Shown piece after piece: positions 39,186-52,949 of a DNA stretch of 64,000 bases. Location: NCBI RefSeq assembly GCF_006345805.1, contig NC_043002.1, positions 20,088,001-20,152,000 on the forward strand, read 5' to 3'. The translations under genes were made by a program, and so were the position numbers. Every line of letters starts with the position of its first letter. Within the stretch, counting starts at the first letter, position 1. This DNA comes from Octopus sinensis (lineage: Eukaryota). Under the pieces are notes generated by a model. It saw only the letters and a program-made list of their open reading frames with translations, was not told where the DNA came from and did no database searches.

Positions 39186-39600
39186 TCACTACCATCATCA
39201 ACATCATCATTGTTTAACGTCCATTTTCCATGCTAGCATGGGTTGGATGGTTTGACTGGAGATTGGCAATCCAGGAGGCTGCACCAGGCTCCAATTTGAT
39301 CTGGCAGTGTTTCTACAGCTGGATGCCCTTCCTAATGCCAACCAATCCAAGAGTGTAGTGAGTGCTTGTTATGTGCCACCGGCACGGGAGCCAGTCAGGT
39401 GGAACTGGCATTGGCCACGTTCGGATGGTGCTCTTTATGTGCTACCAGTACAGGAGACAGTCGGGGCAGGGAGGCTGGTATTGACTATGTTTGGATGGTG
39501 CTTTTTACATGCCACTGGCACAAGGAGCCAGTCAGGCAGGACTGGCAATGACCCACACATGCATGGTGCTTATTGCATGCCACCAGCAAGGGAGCCAGTC
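39186..39600 (-). mobile_element. RTE LINE 3' UTR copy with about 4 tandem units
   Basis: Same tail and unit consensus as the other RTE copies. Confidence 0.8.
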
Positions 39601-41416
39601 AATATTTTTATGAAAGTGATAATACTATACATATTCACATGGTGCAGTTTTTTACTTGAAGGAGCAAAAAACTGCCTGCAATTTATCTACCAAACTTTGT
39701 TCTGGGTTTGAAATTTGCAGCACACACACGCACACATAGACACACACCCTGCTACCAACAAATAATTGTCACAACAGTCTATATGAATATCAGCATTACA
39801 AACAAATAAATGATGATGTTATGTGCAGGAACAAACCCAACTACTTATAGAGAATTCAATCTTGCTGCAAAAGAGAGACATCTGTTTTGACACACCCTGC
39901 TCATATAAATGTATATCTGATAGGAAAAAGATGACTAGAAACTAATCCAAGAGTGTAAAATATAAAAACACCAAACTATGTGGTAGGTTTTAAGTTGCAT
40001 ATTATTTAATATGCTGAAGAGCATGGAAATTGTAGAGTGCAAGAGAGTTCAGTATGTCAGAAAAATAAGTGAGGAACAAGTGGAAACTTTAAAGAAAATG
40101 GCAAAAGAAAACATGCTAAACTGTCTTTTTGTGAGAGAAAATCATTGCTTTAATATCTAGTTTTCCATGTTTGTAGGGATGAGATTTGTTGAGGTTCTTC
40201 CTATCACCAACTTTCTCTTGCTTCAAAGCTAAAGACAATTTTTCCCCTAGTCTAGACATGTTTTTCATGGAAGACTAGAAATAAGTGCCATTGCTTGTGT
40301 GACTGAAGCTTCTTTAAACTTAGCATGCAATGTCAAGACAAGGAGAGACACACACAAACACACACACTCTCTCTCTCGCACATACACAAACGAAGATTTA
40401 TATTCTTGGGCATGTGAATTACACATGAATAGACATGTCATTCGCATGACCATGAGAACAAAAGCTAATAGCTAGCTTACAGCTGTTCACAGATACAAGT
40501 AAATATAACATTACTCAAAAGTTCCACATTTCAGCTGGTGATAAATACAAATTCATCAATAGAACTAGGCTAGTATTATGTCAGTGTCAGCAAACCAACA
40601 GTAGTGACTGGCTCATGAAACCATTGTGTGGATTATAAATACATTTTTAATAAAGTTCATTAAAATCAATTCCTAAATATTTATTTTATTCTAACACAAC
40701 CTCGTGAATTTAATGAAAATGGAAACATTTGACAATGAAAGTACTAACAATCTGCATTATGTCACACCCTTCTGTATAGGAGGTTAACGGCAGTAATTCC
40801 ATGTTTTGCCAATTAAGTTAAAAGATTACTTTTAATATGTGAAGTTAAAAGGTCACTTTTGAATTCACTTGATTAGTATGAGTGAATTTTTAATATATTT
40901 TAGACAGCAATTATAATAAACCAGACAAAACATTTTTTTGAAAAGTCTGTTTGTATTGTACTAGATATATTTTTTCAGAAATTTATAACACAAAATTAGT
41001 GGTGCAAATTACAAGTGTGCATTATACACAAATAAATGTAGTAATGATTTTGTAAAAATGATATTTCAAGTAAAAATTAAAGAATGGCCTAGTAGTTTAT
41101 TTTGAAACAATAATATAAGGGTATAAAAATATCGAAAGAAAATAAGAGGATATATTTTTAAATCAAGATCAATTCTGATTGATCAAAGACATCCTCACCA
41201 AGACCACCTCATCTTTCAAATTCAGTGTACCTAAAACTACCTTATTCATTATGTCCTACCTTTAAGATAGAAGATGTGCTATGAGGAAAATTTGGCTATA
41301 ATTTCTTACATGTGGTATAGGGTTTATCCAAAAGTGTGTACAGAATCAAGTGATTCTGCACATTCAATAGTGTCAAACAACTGACATCGAAACTGCCTAT
41401 GGAACTAATATCCCGC

Positions 41417-41643
41417 TTAACCATTTAGCATTTACATCAGCCATGTCGAACCCAAATATTCATCAGTTTAATGTTCAAAATGGCCAGATCCAGTTTCTCA
41501 TACCTACCCTACAAAGTCATTCTAAAAATACACAATCACATCGTCGAAATCTTGAAGCTACAAGATAATGCATGATTAATTCAAAACAATACGAATAAAT
41601 AAGCATTACATTTGACAGAGTAATCTGAATGCTAAAGGGTTGA
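41417..41643. mobile_element. piggyBac-like MITE (copies at 27762-27968 and, split, at about 2072-2570)
   Basis: TTAACCATTTAGCATT ... AATGCTAAAGGGTTGA termini; colinear internal sequence among three copies. Confidence 0.7.
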
Positions 41644-44313
41644 ACATAACTAATCATATACAAAAACACAAAAGGAGGCAGGTACAATATTGTAATACTA
41701 TTGCACTATACAGTATTCATAACACACAATATTCACAATAACAGTTTCATATTTTGATCGAGCACATTACACCACCCTGAAACAGAAAAGCTTTATACTC
41801 AGGATAGGCCAACTACTTGCTCTTTCACTATAGGTTTGATCCTACTATTCCATGTAACTATTAAGCATACTTCTCTTATGCTTAACTAAGAATATGCCAT
41901 CATATCACTTTGGTAAGTAATATCAACACCAAATACTAACATCTGGATGGTCCAGCTCAGGATCCTGTAAAAATCTTTGGAAGTAAATAGAATTCAAAAG
42001 GTCTATGATCAGACCTTGGTAGGAATTTTCTAACATGTGGAGAATGACAGGTACAGTTTGTGGTCCATATTAGCGCTAAAGTTTCTCTCATATTTGAATT
42101 ATTAGATTCAGAAGTTAACTTCCTTAATAAAAATAGTAGTTGATGCTTATCCTGTGTTAAAATTTCTGATTATAGAATGCTCACTAGATTGTTTGTTAAT
42201 GTGAAGTCTTAGCTGATCAAATGTCTTCAACTGCTTTTTGCTGAACAAGGAAATTCAACTTTGGTTTTGCATAATTTTGCAAATGGTTCAATATTTTGGT
42301 GTCAAAGTGACCTCCTCATAACTTGATTTAAATCTCTTTCCAACAAATCATTCTAATTTGATACAAAAGATAAACCTCAATAACCAAGCCACTCCTCATT
42401 AAGATTTTAGAATACACTAAATCTACAATAAACATTACTGAAAACAAAATAGAAATTATCCAAGTAACCAGAGAGTCTCTTATCCACTACAATAACTCCC
42501 TGTGGGCAAATATTCAAACAATCCATTTGTCATAAGCATGGAAGCAAGTGATTCTACAGAGACCAGTGACTTGTTTAGATTCTTCCTTATCTCCAGCTCA
42601 AGTCTAGTTTCTGTTTACTTTGAGAATGGTCTTTACAGAGATGGTGGAACTACATCAATGTCACTGCCAACTCCTTCAAAACAAGGTATAACAGACATAT
42701 TTTTTGAACACACACATGTACAAAAAGAGTAGGCACACTGGATGAAAACAAAAATGATCAATAGACATGCATAGAACGATAAATAGGTCAAAACAGATTT
42801 TTATAGGAAAACAAATTCATTGTAAACATTAGCTGACATTAAAAACATCGAAAAACAGTAAAAAAAATTATTTGTAGAAGACCAGAAATACTCCAATTAT
42901 TTTAACAGCAACTTGTAATTTTTTCAATAACAAATTATTTTATATATTTCTCTTTATGTGTGTGTGTGTGTTCATTATGTATAGTACAAACATTTGATTC
43001 ATTTTATTTTCACACATTTTAGTCACTGGACTGCAACCATACTGGGTTTTTGTACTAAAAGGTTTTAGTCAATCAATTTGATTCCTATTCTTATTTCAAG
43101 TTTGCAGCTTATTCCAGCAGTTCATTTTTACTGAATCACTGCACAATTTGTATCTTCCAAATTCACACACAAGGCAATGCTTGGCTCAGGGCTACAGTAA
43201 AAGACACTTGTTCAAGGCATCATATAGTACAACCGAACTCTAAACCATATGGCTGCAAAGTGAAAGTTTTTAACAACACAGTTACACCAGGATCTATTGG
43301 AACTTTTTGGCTGATAGTAGCAACTGTGATTTCTAACAGAGGTACCCAACTACAAACTTTGGTGTATTTATATCATCAATTAGCTCTACCCAATAATTTG
43401 ACTGATACTTAGTTTATCAAGTCATGAAAGATGTCTAACAAAGTTGATCATGGTAGAATTTGGTTGCAGAAGTTAAAGGAATTAACCCAGGACCACAGAC
43501 TTTTTTTAATCCATACTCTGAATTTATTGCTACACCATACATCACCCTTCTAATAACTGTTTCTAACATATGCACACAACAAAAGTAATTCAATGGATAG
43601 TAGTACTAGACTGATAATTATGCAGTTGACTTCAGTTATTGAATCCAGTACCTCTTTCTCAAGGACACTAATGATTTTTTTTTTGTCATGAATGTTTATA
43701 TTTCATGATTATTACTTAAAAACATCATAACAGTTGATTCAAATATAAATAAACATTGCATTATTTCTCAGTATTTGTTAATATATTTCTTTGAAAAATA
43801 TTTCAACAAATACTCTGCCTGTTTTGTGACTTGTTTTCAATCAATTTTTCTTCCAACCAATTTGTTTTTCTTTGAATGTATTTCAAACGCATTTTCATCA
43901 AAAGTTCCTAGACACATATGTGCACACACACATGCTTACAAATATGAATATACATGTGCATACATTCGCATATGCACACACAATGAAGCTGTTAGTTTTG
44001 TGACAAAAATTTAGACACCTCAAGAAATGGAAAATGAATTTAACAGTTTTTATGTATTTTTAGATTACTATAATTGTTTCAGTTACAACACAGTCTTGTA
44101 CAATCACTTGCCCAGCAAGTACAACTCTGGAGATACACAAACGTTTTACACACATATATAAATTGCAATAATTTGCAATGCAGTAACAGACAATCAAACC
44201 ACATATATAGAGTGAGTGGCAGGGGAATCAAAATGACAGTAAATCTATTTGCAGATACAACTGTATTAGCTAGATTGCTTAAACTACACTGCATTACCAA
44301 TACACAGACACAC

Positions 44314-44356
<43 letters not shown>

Positions 44357-44371
44357 TAATAATAAAATATT

Positions 44372-45106
44372 AGGGAATAAATCCAAACTTACAGGGAAAA
44401 ATCAGATTTAGGATTGAATCCAGTTTTATAGAAAAATATTATATTATATTAAATTAAAGATAAAACCACTATTAGGCAAATCATACATAAAGTTTGTTTA
44501 AGTTAGTTTATTTGTATTTTGAAATTAGCTATTTCATCTTTAAATATGAAAAATTAAATTTATTAGGTTTTTATTATATGTGCATATACAATTATTTATA
44601 GAGATTATTTTAGATCTTAATTATAATATTTATATACATTTATATATTTTCATTGATAATTTATATATATTAGTCATTTTAAATATTTATGTAATTAGAT
44701 ATAGACTAATATTGATATTAGATTATGGGTGGGTTTCCTACCTTATAAATTAAAATTAATATTTAACATTATAGTCGATTTGGATATAATCATAATTGTT
44801 AAGTTCTATGTCTCTAGTTTGATAATAGAGTTTATTATAAGTAAAATTATTATATTATATATATTATTTATATCTTAAAAATATTGTTTAAATATTTCTG
44901 ATTATATTTTAGAATGACTGTAACTCGAATTTTTACAAATTGGACAGCCATGAAACGATCGTAGTGTTATACTAATTATCTTTTTTTAATAATTTTGATA
45001 TATATTTAAAATAATATAAATTAATTAATCTTATGAATTGGCTTAAGTTTTTCATTGCATGATTTGCCTAATAGTGGTTTTATCTCTAATTTAATATTAT
45101 ATATAT
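44372..45106. mobile_element. Extremely AT-rich Penelope-like relic embedded in a (TA)n tract
   Basis: About 42-bp inverted repeat (44446-44487 / 45056-45097), (TA)n on both sides, hammerhead-like GAAACGATCGTA motif. Confidence 0.5.
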
Positions 45107-45110
45107 ATAA

Positions 45111-45590
45111 TCATCATTTAACATCTGTTTTCCAAGCTAGCATAGGCTGGACAGTTTGACAGGCACTGACCAGCCAGAGAACTGCTTAGCTCCATTTCTG
45201 TTTTGACATGGTTTCTACAGCTGGATGCCCTTATTAACCCCAAGCACTTTACAGCATATGCTGGGTGCTTTTTACATGGTGCTATTACAAGTACTTTTTA
45301 CGTAGTGCCAGCATGAGCCATAAAGGACCTGCCTGTATGTATGGATAACCACAATTTTACTTACCTTGATGTGTCTTCTCATGCACAGCAAATCACCAGA
45401 AGTCTCAGTCCCTCTGGAGATCCTTTCTCACCACCTCATCCCACATCTTCCTGGGTCTACCCCTTCTATAGGTTCCCTCCACAATTAGAGATTGTGCAGC
45501 TGTCCTCAACCACATGCATCACATTACTATACCAGTGCAGTCTTCTCTCTTGCACACATCTTATTCTCATTACATACATACACATCATAA
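45111..45590 (-). mobile_element. 5'-truncated RTE LINE 3' end
   Basis: Same tail; minus-strand VQERRLHWY and RRGRPRKMWDEV remnants. Confidence 0.75.
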
Positions 45591-45809
45591 AACAGAATCC
45601 AAAAAGATTGGCCTTGGTCTGAACCAGCATGACTTGTATAATCAACAAAAAGAGTACGGTGAAGTTACTGCCATAGGGAGTGGAAAATCCAACAGGGTCC
45701 TAACATAGAGGATGTAAAACTCACCTGTCAACTTTTCTCTGAAGAAGGACTGTCTGAAATGTTAGATTTTCCATTTCCCACAGCAAGTTCACAGTACTCT
45801 GACTATATA

Positions 45810-46213
45810 GGCGCAGGAGTGGCTGTGTGGTAAGTAGCTTGCTAACCAACCACATGGTTCCGGGTTCAGTCCCTCAGCGTGACATCTTGGGCAAGTGTCT
45901 TCTGCTATAGCCCCGGGCCGACCAATGCCTTGTGAGTCGATTTAGTAGATGGAAACTGAAAGAAGCCTGTCGTATATATATATATGTATATATATGTATG
46001 TGTGTGTGTGTTTGTGTGTCTGTGTTTGCCCCCCTAGCATTGCTTGACAACCAATGCTGGTGTGTTTACGTCCCCGTCACTTAGCGGTTCGGCAAAAAGA
46101 GACCGATAGAATAAGTACTGGGCTTACAAAAAGAATAAGTCCTGGGGTTGAGTTGCTCGACTAAAGGCGGTGCTCCAGCATGGCCACAGTCAAATGACTG
46201 AAACAAGTAAAAG
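45810..46213 (+). mobile_element. Full-length tRNA-derived SINE (head + central (TA)n(TG)n + tail A)
   Basis: GGCGCAGGAGTGGCTGTGTGG A-box, GGTTCAGTCCC B-box, CTTGGGCAAGTGTCTTCT core, tail ..GGTGCTCCAGCATGGCC.CAGTCAAATGACTGAAACAAGTAAAAGA; multiple copies in the window. Confidence 0.88.
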
Positions 46214-46218
46214 AGAGA

Positions 46219-46256
<38 letters not shown>

Positions 46257-48486
46257 TGACACAGTTGTGTGACAAGAAGTTTGCTTCACAACCCCATGGT
46301 TCTGGGTTCACCCCCATTGTGTGGCACCTTGGCCAGGTGTCTTCTGCTACAGTCCCAGGTTGACCAGTCATGTAAGTGGATTTGGTAGACAGTAACTGAA
46401 AGAAACCTATTTTGTGTGAATGTACACACACAGCTACATTATCTATTGATGTCTAGATGTCTATACACACATGAAGGTATGTAATAGTGTGTGGATAGTT
46501 AGTGTGATGTGTGTATGTCTCTGGTAGGATAAAGAACTTGATCAAAAACATAAGCCATACTGGAACACACAACTCTACAGAAACCAAAAGTAGCCCCACA
46601 AGGTACAAACCATATCCTCCTGAGAAAATATCAATTCAATAGCAAATTAGATATTGTACAATGTCTGTACAATACATACCCTAGGCAGTCATCAATCAAT
46701 ATTGTAAAATAACTAGTACTCTTGTATAAATGACACCAAGTAAAATACAGACCCAACACCACCACCTTACACTATTCTCATTCTACAAAAGTGCTTCCCA
46801 ATAATATATGTCAACCTGCATAGAATATGCTGTACTCAATCACCACCCAGCACAAAAATAGGTAGATACAATTTATGCAGCACATATGAAATGAAAATCA
46901 TGATTCAACAAAGAATTGAAACCCTGAACAGAAGCAACAATAGATATTGAACAACAAGGTGTGGCTGATGCAACATACAAAATAATAAACACACAAAAGA
47001 CATAGGTGCGGCTGTATGGTTCTTAACCCTGTGGTTTCAAGTTCAGTTCCATTACAAGTGCCTTGGGCAAATATCTTCTACAATAGCCCTGGGCTGACCA
47101 AAGCCTTGAGTGGATTTGGTATATGGAAACTGAAAGAAACCTGTTGAATGAGTGTGTTTATTCTACTTGTTTCAGTCATTTCACTGAGCCATGCTGGAGC
47201 ATCACCTTGAAGGGTTTTAATCAAACAAATTGACCCAGGACATTATTTTTTTTAAGCTGAGTACTTATTCTGTCTCTTTTGCTCAACCACTAAGTTATGG
47301 AGACAAACACAGACACAAAGACACACACAGATATATACATACATATCTGTGTGTTGTGTGTGTGCATGCGCATATGTATGTTTCTATATACCATTGTCTC
47401 AACATCATGAATAATTGTAAATGAGCATCACCGTTATATAAGTAATGTTGTTTGTTTCCAGTCTATGAAAAATATGTCAGCCATGGAGAAATGTTGCTTT
47501 GCATGAAAACAAGTAACTGTTGGCAACAGGAAGTGCATCCAACCACATTAAAAAATCTGCTCAATGAGATTCATCTGATTCATGAAAGAATGGATAAGTG
47601 GACATTAAATGATGAAGGAGAAAAGACAATGCTGCACAGAACACAAGAAGAAAGAGTTGCAGTAGAAATTCAGATGTGATTCTCAAAAACGAAACAGTTT
47701 CATATGTTGACACCAGGCCAAAAATTATAAGACAGGGTAATCGATTACATCAGCACCATCACCTGATGGATACTATATTTTATCAATCCCAAAAGGTGAT
47801 GGATAAAGTTCACCTCAGTAAGATAGAAATACCATAAATTATTATTTACAATGCTGCAACAATTCTACCAATTCACTTGCTCTTACAATCAGGGTTTCTG
47901 ATATAGACACAAGGCCAGCAATTTTGAGAGGAGGAAGAGTAGTCAATAACATCAAACCTAGTAGTTGACTGGTACTTATTTTATCAAACCAATGGCAAAG
48001 TTAACCTTAGCATAATTTCAGTTTGGAATGTGAAGAACTGGAAAAAATAACACAAGGTATTTTGTTCAATGGCTTAAAGATCCTGGCAACCTACTGCCCA
48101 TGATAATTGTTTCTAATATAGGCACAATGCCAGGTGTTTGATGGATAAGGATTAGCCTATTAAAATCGATTGTAGTACTTCACTGATAGGCATTATAGCA
48201 GGTTACAAAACATGAGTTCACAATGAAGTGGAATGCCTGAAGAAAAAAAAAAAATGAAAGTATACACTGTGTACAAATTTTTTTTATGTCCCTCAAGTAG
48301 GAAATATCCTAGATCTCAATTTGCCTTGATTCCCAAAGCAAGTGACTTCTCACAGTTGTTATTCCATGTCACACACACACACACACACGTGTGTGTGTGA
48401 AGCTAAGTAAAACCATCCATACATACAGATATGTCCTCTATGTCCCTCTCCAAGACACACAGGTATGCTCTCTATGTTCTTCCATT

Positions 48487-48765
48487 GAGGGCTCATGGGT
48501 GCTATTGCCACACAGAAGCATCCATGCAGATGCCATGTAAAAGCACCCATGCTAGTGCCACATAAAAGCTCCTGTGCTGAAGCCTGTAAAAACGACCTTG
48601 CCATTGTCACATAAAAAGCACCCAGTACATTCTGTGAAGTGGTTGACATTAGGAAGAGGATCCAGTAATAAAAACCAAGCCAAAACAAGGAAGTGGAACC
48701 TAGGCAGCTCCTGTCAAACCATCCAACCCATGCAAATATAGAAAGTGGACTTCAAATGATGACAA
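48487..48765 (+). mobile_element. RTE-tail fragment with short tandem units (similar fragments at 10200-10413, 16860-17170, 17455-17610, 61950-62160)
   Basis: GCCATGTAAAAGCACCC-type repeats followed by CCATCCAACCCATGC...ATGATGA tail. Confidence 0.7.
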
Positions 48766-49929
48766 TCACACACATTCACAGTAAGCTTATTTACTAAGGC
48801 CATGTTCACCACTCTTTTGATAAATTGCCTCTCTATCTTAACACTGCCTCTTAAGTGGAACTTGAAAAGTGTCTGTCTTCTGTCCTTTCAGTTATGTCCA
48901 CCACAGCCACCAGACTACTTGCCCTTCTAGGTTAACGAAAAGCATTGGGAGTGATCTGCAGGCTGGACTCAGTCAATAACCAAATCTACGCTACATGTAT
49001 GTGATAACAAGTATTCACAAAATCCACGAGCTATCAATGCAGAGCAGTTTTGTCACTCAGCATTGCAGACAAGCTTTGCTTATGCCATTTCCATATCTTT
49101 TGAGCAAGACGGATATATTTAGAAATCATTCAGTCTTCAGGCCAAAAGTCCTCCAAATCAGACCAGCCTGTAGATTTTTATCAACACCTAGTTTCTTCAA
49201 TAATGTCAATACTCTTCCATAACAGTGACTGTATGTAGGATGAAGGCAGGAGTTTAGGAAATTTAAAGAATTCTACCGAAAGTAGACTTAAAATGTTGAT
49301 GATCACATACACATTAGATCTTCCAAAAAAATTTTAAAAACCTTACAATATTTTAACAAACCTGATTTGCTTTATTTTTACCTCTATTTCATTATCTTCG
49401 ACTGATTTAGATACAATAAACATACTGTCATTATTGATGCACAAGTACACACACACACATATATATCCATAGTTATATGGAAGCACGTTTTGAGTAAAAC
49501 ATTTCATGTTACTCAATTCCATTCAGTTGAAAATGAGTACAAGCAACAGCTGGGAGTTAACCCTGCAACTGGCTACATTCAGTGGGGAGAGTACTATGCT
49601 CTCAGGATGAGCTCTAGTCAAATGAGCCAGTAAGCATGAGAGACTTCAAATGATATACACTTACGAAAGTGTATGCATGCATGTCTATATTTCACACACA
49701 CACTGCTACTACTCCTACAGCTATGGTAATGTAAAAAAAGTTCTGAGCATTCCAACACTAGTTGGAGTTCTTACATAATGTAGCCCCTTTACAATCATTG
49801 GTCCTCCACCCCTTTTTCTGGGTAGTAAACACAATGCTGCTGGTTTTGACACCACTACCCAGTTCTTAGGTGCCTTTAGTGGAGTTCACATTATTGCAAG
49901 CATTCGTTCATGGCCTCTGAACAATTTTT

Positions 49930-50990
49930 CCTTCTCCAACATTCATTCCAATCTAGATTCTCCTCATCTCTTTATGCAGATCACACATGATGTTCCAAAC
50001 ACAGATCTCTCAGCTACTCAGTTTATATTCTTTATCCTGATTTCACCTCAAAAATTGGTGTCTGTGCTTATGAACTCTCCACTCACCTCTTTCCCTTGGA
50101 TATCAACAATAATGACATCTAATTACTTTGGCTCACCTCCTTCTGGATTCCCCTCAATACATCTCCCTTTACCACACTCCTAACTCCTTGAACTATCAGC
50201 ATCTCTTCAACACCATCTCTTGCATTGAGCATATCTATCTCACTTCATTTCTCTATTAAGTCTTCATTCTCAGGGACTTCAACACAACTTCTCATAGCGC
50301 TCTCACTAATCCCACACAGGATTCTAGTGCTAAAACAGAAGCCTTTGCAATCTTTAATTCTCTAAAGCAACTTATCTTCTACACATACCCCAAATGACAA
50401 ATACCCAAAACACTGATCCCTTTCTCACCTCCAAACATAATCTCTACCTAACTGTAAGAGTCTCCATACTTATAAGCTCACCTAACTGCCTCACTGCAAA
50501 TACAAACCATACAACCACATACCACACCCATTACACACCATGAAACTTCTAGTCAGAGTTTCACTTGCTTTATGTTAATTTACTCCTGGTTGCATATGAG
50601 CTTCACTCCTGACCCATCAGAAACTGGTAGGTGGCTGAGACTGAAACTATTCTTTTAGGTATGTCCCTCCACATATTGCACAGAACAAAGTCAAAGCACC
50701 AATACCCTGAACTGCTTCAGTGAACCTCACAGATTTGCTGAAGCTGTTCAGTAATAAAAGAGGGAAAAAATGCCAGAAGTTCACATACAAACTCAAAACT
50801 GGAGGTGTTTCCCAGTGACCTAAATCTTGGACAACCATTTTCTGAATTGCAAAAGATGACTTCATGCATCACACAGCCCTTAATCTGCTTGCCTTTCAAA
50901 ACAGCTGATCCATTTGGTCCCCTTGCCAATCCTCTCACTTCCACCTTTGTTGCCTGGTTTTGCAGCTAGCTCCACACTACAAACACTTGG
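49930..50990 (+). mobile_element. Heavily decayed LINE endonuclease-region fragment, probably related to the 20950-22560 element
   Basis: C/A-rich strand bias and remnants such as FAIFNSLKQLI; no intact ORF. Confidence 0.45.
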
Positions 50991-51309
50991 TAAATTACTT
51001 CCCTATCTTCCCTTTTGAGGTTCACCACTTAGCAGGCATAGGAAAATTTCCCTGCTATTTCTATGTTGAAAGACAGGAGTTTTTACAAAAGTGTACAAGT
51101 TACTTTGGGTGTGTGTGCATATAATACATTTTATTTGGTCTTCCTGTATATACTGGGTGGTATTTTCCAAGGTGTTCTTTCCTAAATTGAGACAACTTGA
51201 AATAAACTTTGTTAGATATGACTGATCTGAATCTACACAACTATTTCAGTCACAACAGTCCCATTTTTTTTTATAAAAGGAACTACACTGTTCAATATAT
51301 CCTTTAAGA

Positions 51310-51637
51310 CAAAGGTTTTCAACAATTTTTTATCCATGGACCCATTTGATTACTATTTTATTCTGGTGGACCTCCATAGCCATTCGATGCTTGAAAACTA
51401 GTTTTATAGAAATGTCTTCCAAAATTCTTTTTTTTTTTTTTCAAACATTAACTTGTGTAGGTTAAACTATGTAAAATGTTCAAGAAACCTAGCTGTTTTC
51501 TTGCAATACATACCAATACATATATCTAAAGCAAACTTTTTTCAGGGGCCTTTAAAATACTATTGTTGATCCCCAATTTCTCATTTTGTTGCATGGACCC
51601 CACAAAATCTTATATGGACCCCAGTTGAGAACCACTG
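51310..51637. mobile_element. hAT-superfamily MITE
   Basis: TIRs CAAAGGTTTTCAAC / GTTGAGAACCACTG (CAGTGGTTCTCAAC type) and a perfect 8-bp TSD CTTTAAGA at 51302-51309 and 51638-51645. Confidence 0.88.
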
Positions 51638-51929
51638 CTTTAAGATAGAGTGAGATTTATGAGAGATTTGACTGCTATTTGGAATATGTCAAGCAATATT
51701 AAAACTTGTCTACAAATAAGCAGTACCATCTCTCTCTAAAATTTTCTATATTACCTGGTGTGTGAACTAAGAACTTAATTACTTTAGTAAGATAGTTGCC
51801 ATTACTTGTGGTAGGAGTTTCAACTTAGCCAACGAGAGGACAAAAAGGACTTTTTCTGTTACATATAATTTATTGTTCCATGGCTTGAATGGGAATTGAC
51901 TGTGAGGCAAGATTTTAAAAGTGATTGTC

Positions 51930-52378
51930 TAGGCATGGTATGGTTGTGGCACCACAGGCAAGTTTCTTCTACTTCAGGTTTGGGCTGACCAAGGCTTTGT
52001 TTGTAGATTTGGTAGATGGAAACTTGAAGAATCCCATTGTGTGTATGTGTATACACATATACATGTGCCAATGCACAAACCTCTTAAACCTTGAGTCACT
52101 CTGTTGCTTCAGCTGTATACATATATGTATGTATATATGTGTGTATAGCCTTGTCTTGACATCATGTGATGATTGTAAACGAGCATCACCATCATATAAG
52201 TGATGTCCATTTCTAGCCTTCTGTGAGAAACATGTCTGGCCATGGGGAAATATTACCAGGTTTGGAAACAGGTGAGGGCTGATGACAGTAAGAACATCTA
52301 TTCATAGAAAATCTGCCTCAACAAATTCCGGCTGACCCATGGAAGCATGGAAAAGTGGACATTAAATAATGATGATGT
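51930..52378 (+). mobile_element. SINE with the same head but an RTE-like tail B
   Basis: Head motif GATTTGGTAGATGGAAACT, microsatellite, then GGCCATGGGGAAATATTACC...GCATGGAAAAGTGGACATTAAATAATGATGATG; tail B also at about 5840-5960, 14020-14130, 15424-15560, 47390-47615. Confidence 0.7.
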
Positions 52379-52949
52379 TGTTCTTGGTAACACTCAGCTG
52401 TTTTCAAGTAAGGAATTTTAACAAATATACATATCAATGCACAAATACCATAAGATTACACATTCTATCACTTTCTAAGCATAACCACTTTTTCTCCAAC
52501 AGTTATTTGGAGCATGTCAAGCAATGTTAAAAACTTGTCTACAAATGAGAAGCACCACCTCTCTCTCTCTCTTCTAACATTTTCTACATCACCTGGTGTT
52601 TGGACTAAGAACAAACTTAATTACTTTAGACAGATAGTTGTCATTAGTTGTGGTAGGAGTTTTAACTTGCTTTAGATGTATGTATTGGTACACATTGCTT
52701 GAAAACAGCTAGGTTTCTTTCTACAGAGGTTTTTAGAGTCAGTGAGACATTTGCTCATCTTACAGGACAGGTGAAAATAAATAATGCTGCACAATATGTT
52801 GAAAGTTCTTTGAAAGAATCTATTCCTGGAGACTCACCAAGCTAGCCTTCACAAATGGAATCACTGCATGAACGGACAAAACTGTAGTTGAATTTTGTGT
52901 GAAAAGAGAATGAAAATAGTTAAGAGGAAGAGAATAATTTCAGAGAAGA

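Noticed and set aside
45810-45885. tRNA-like sequence with A and B boxes
   Set aside because: It is the head of a multi-copy SINE that continues into core and tail; no proper cloverleaf was seen.
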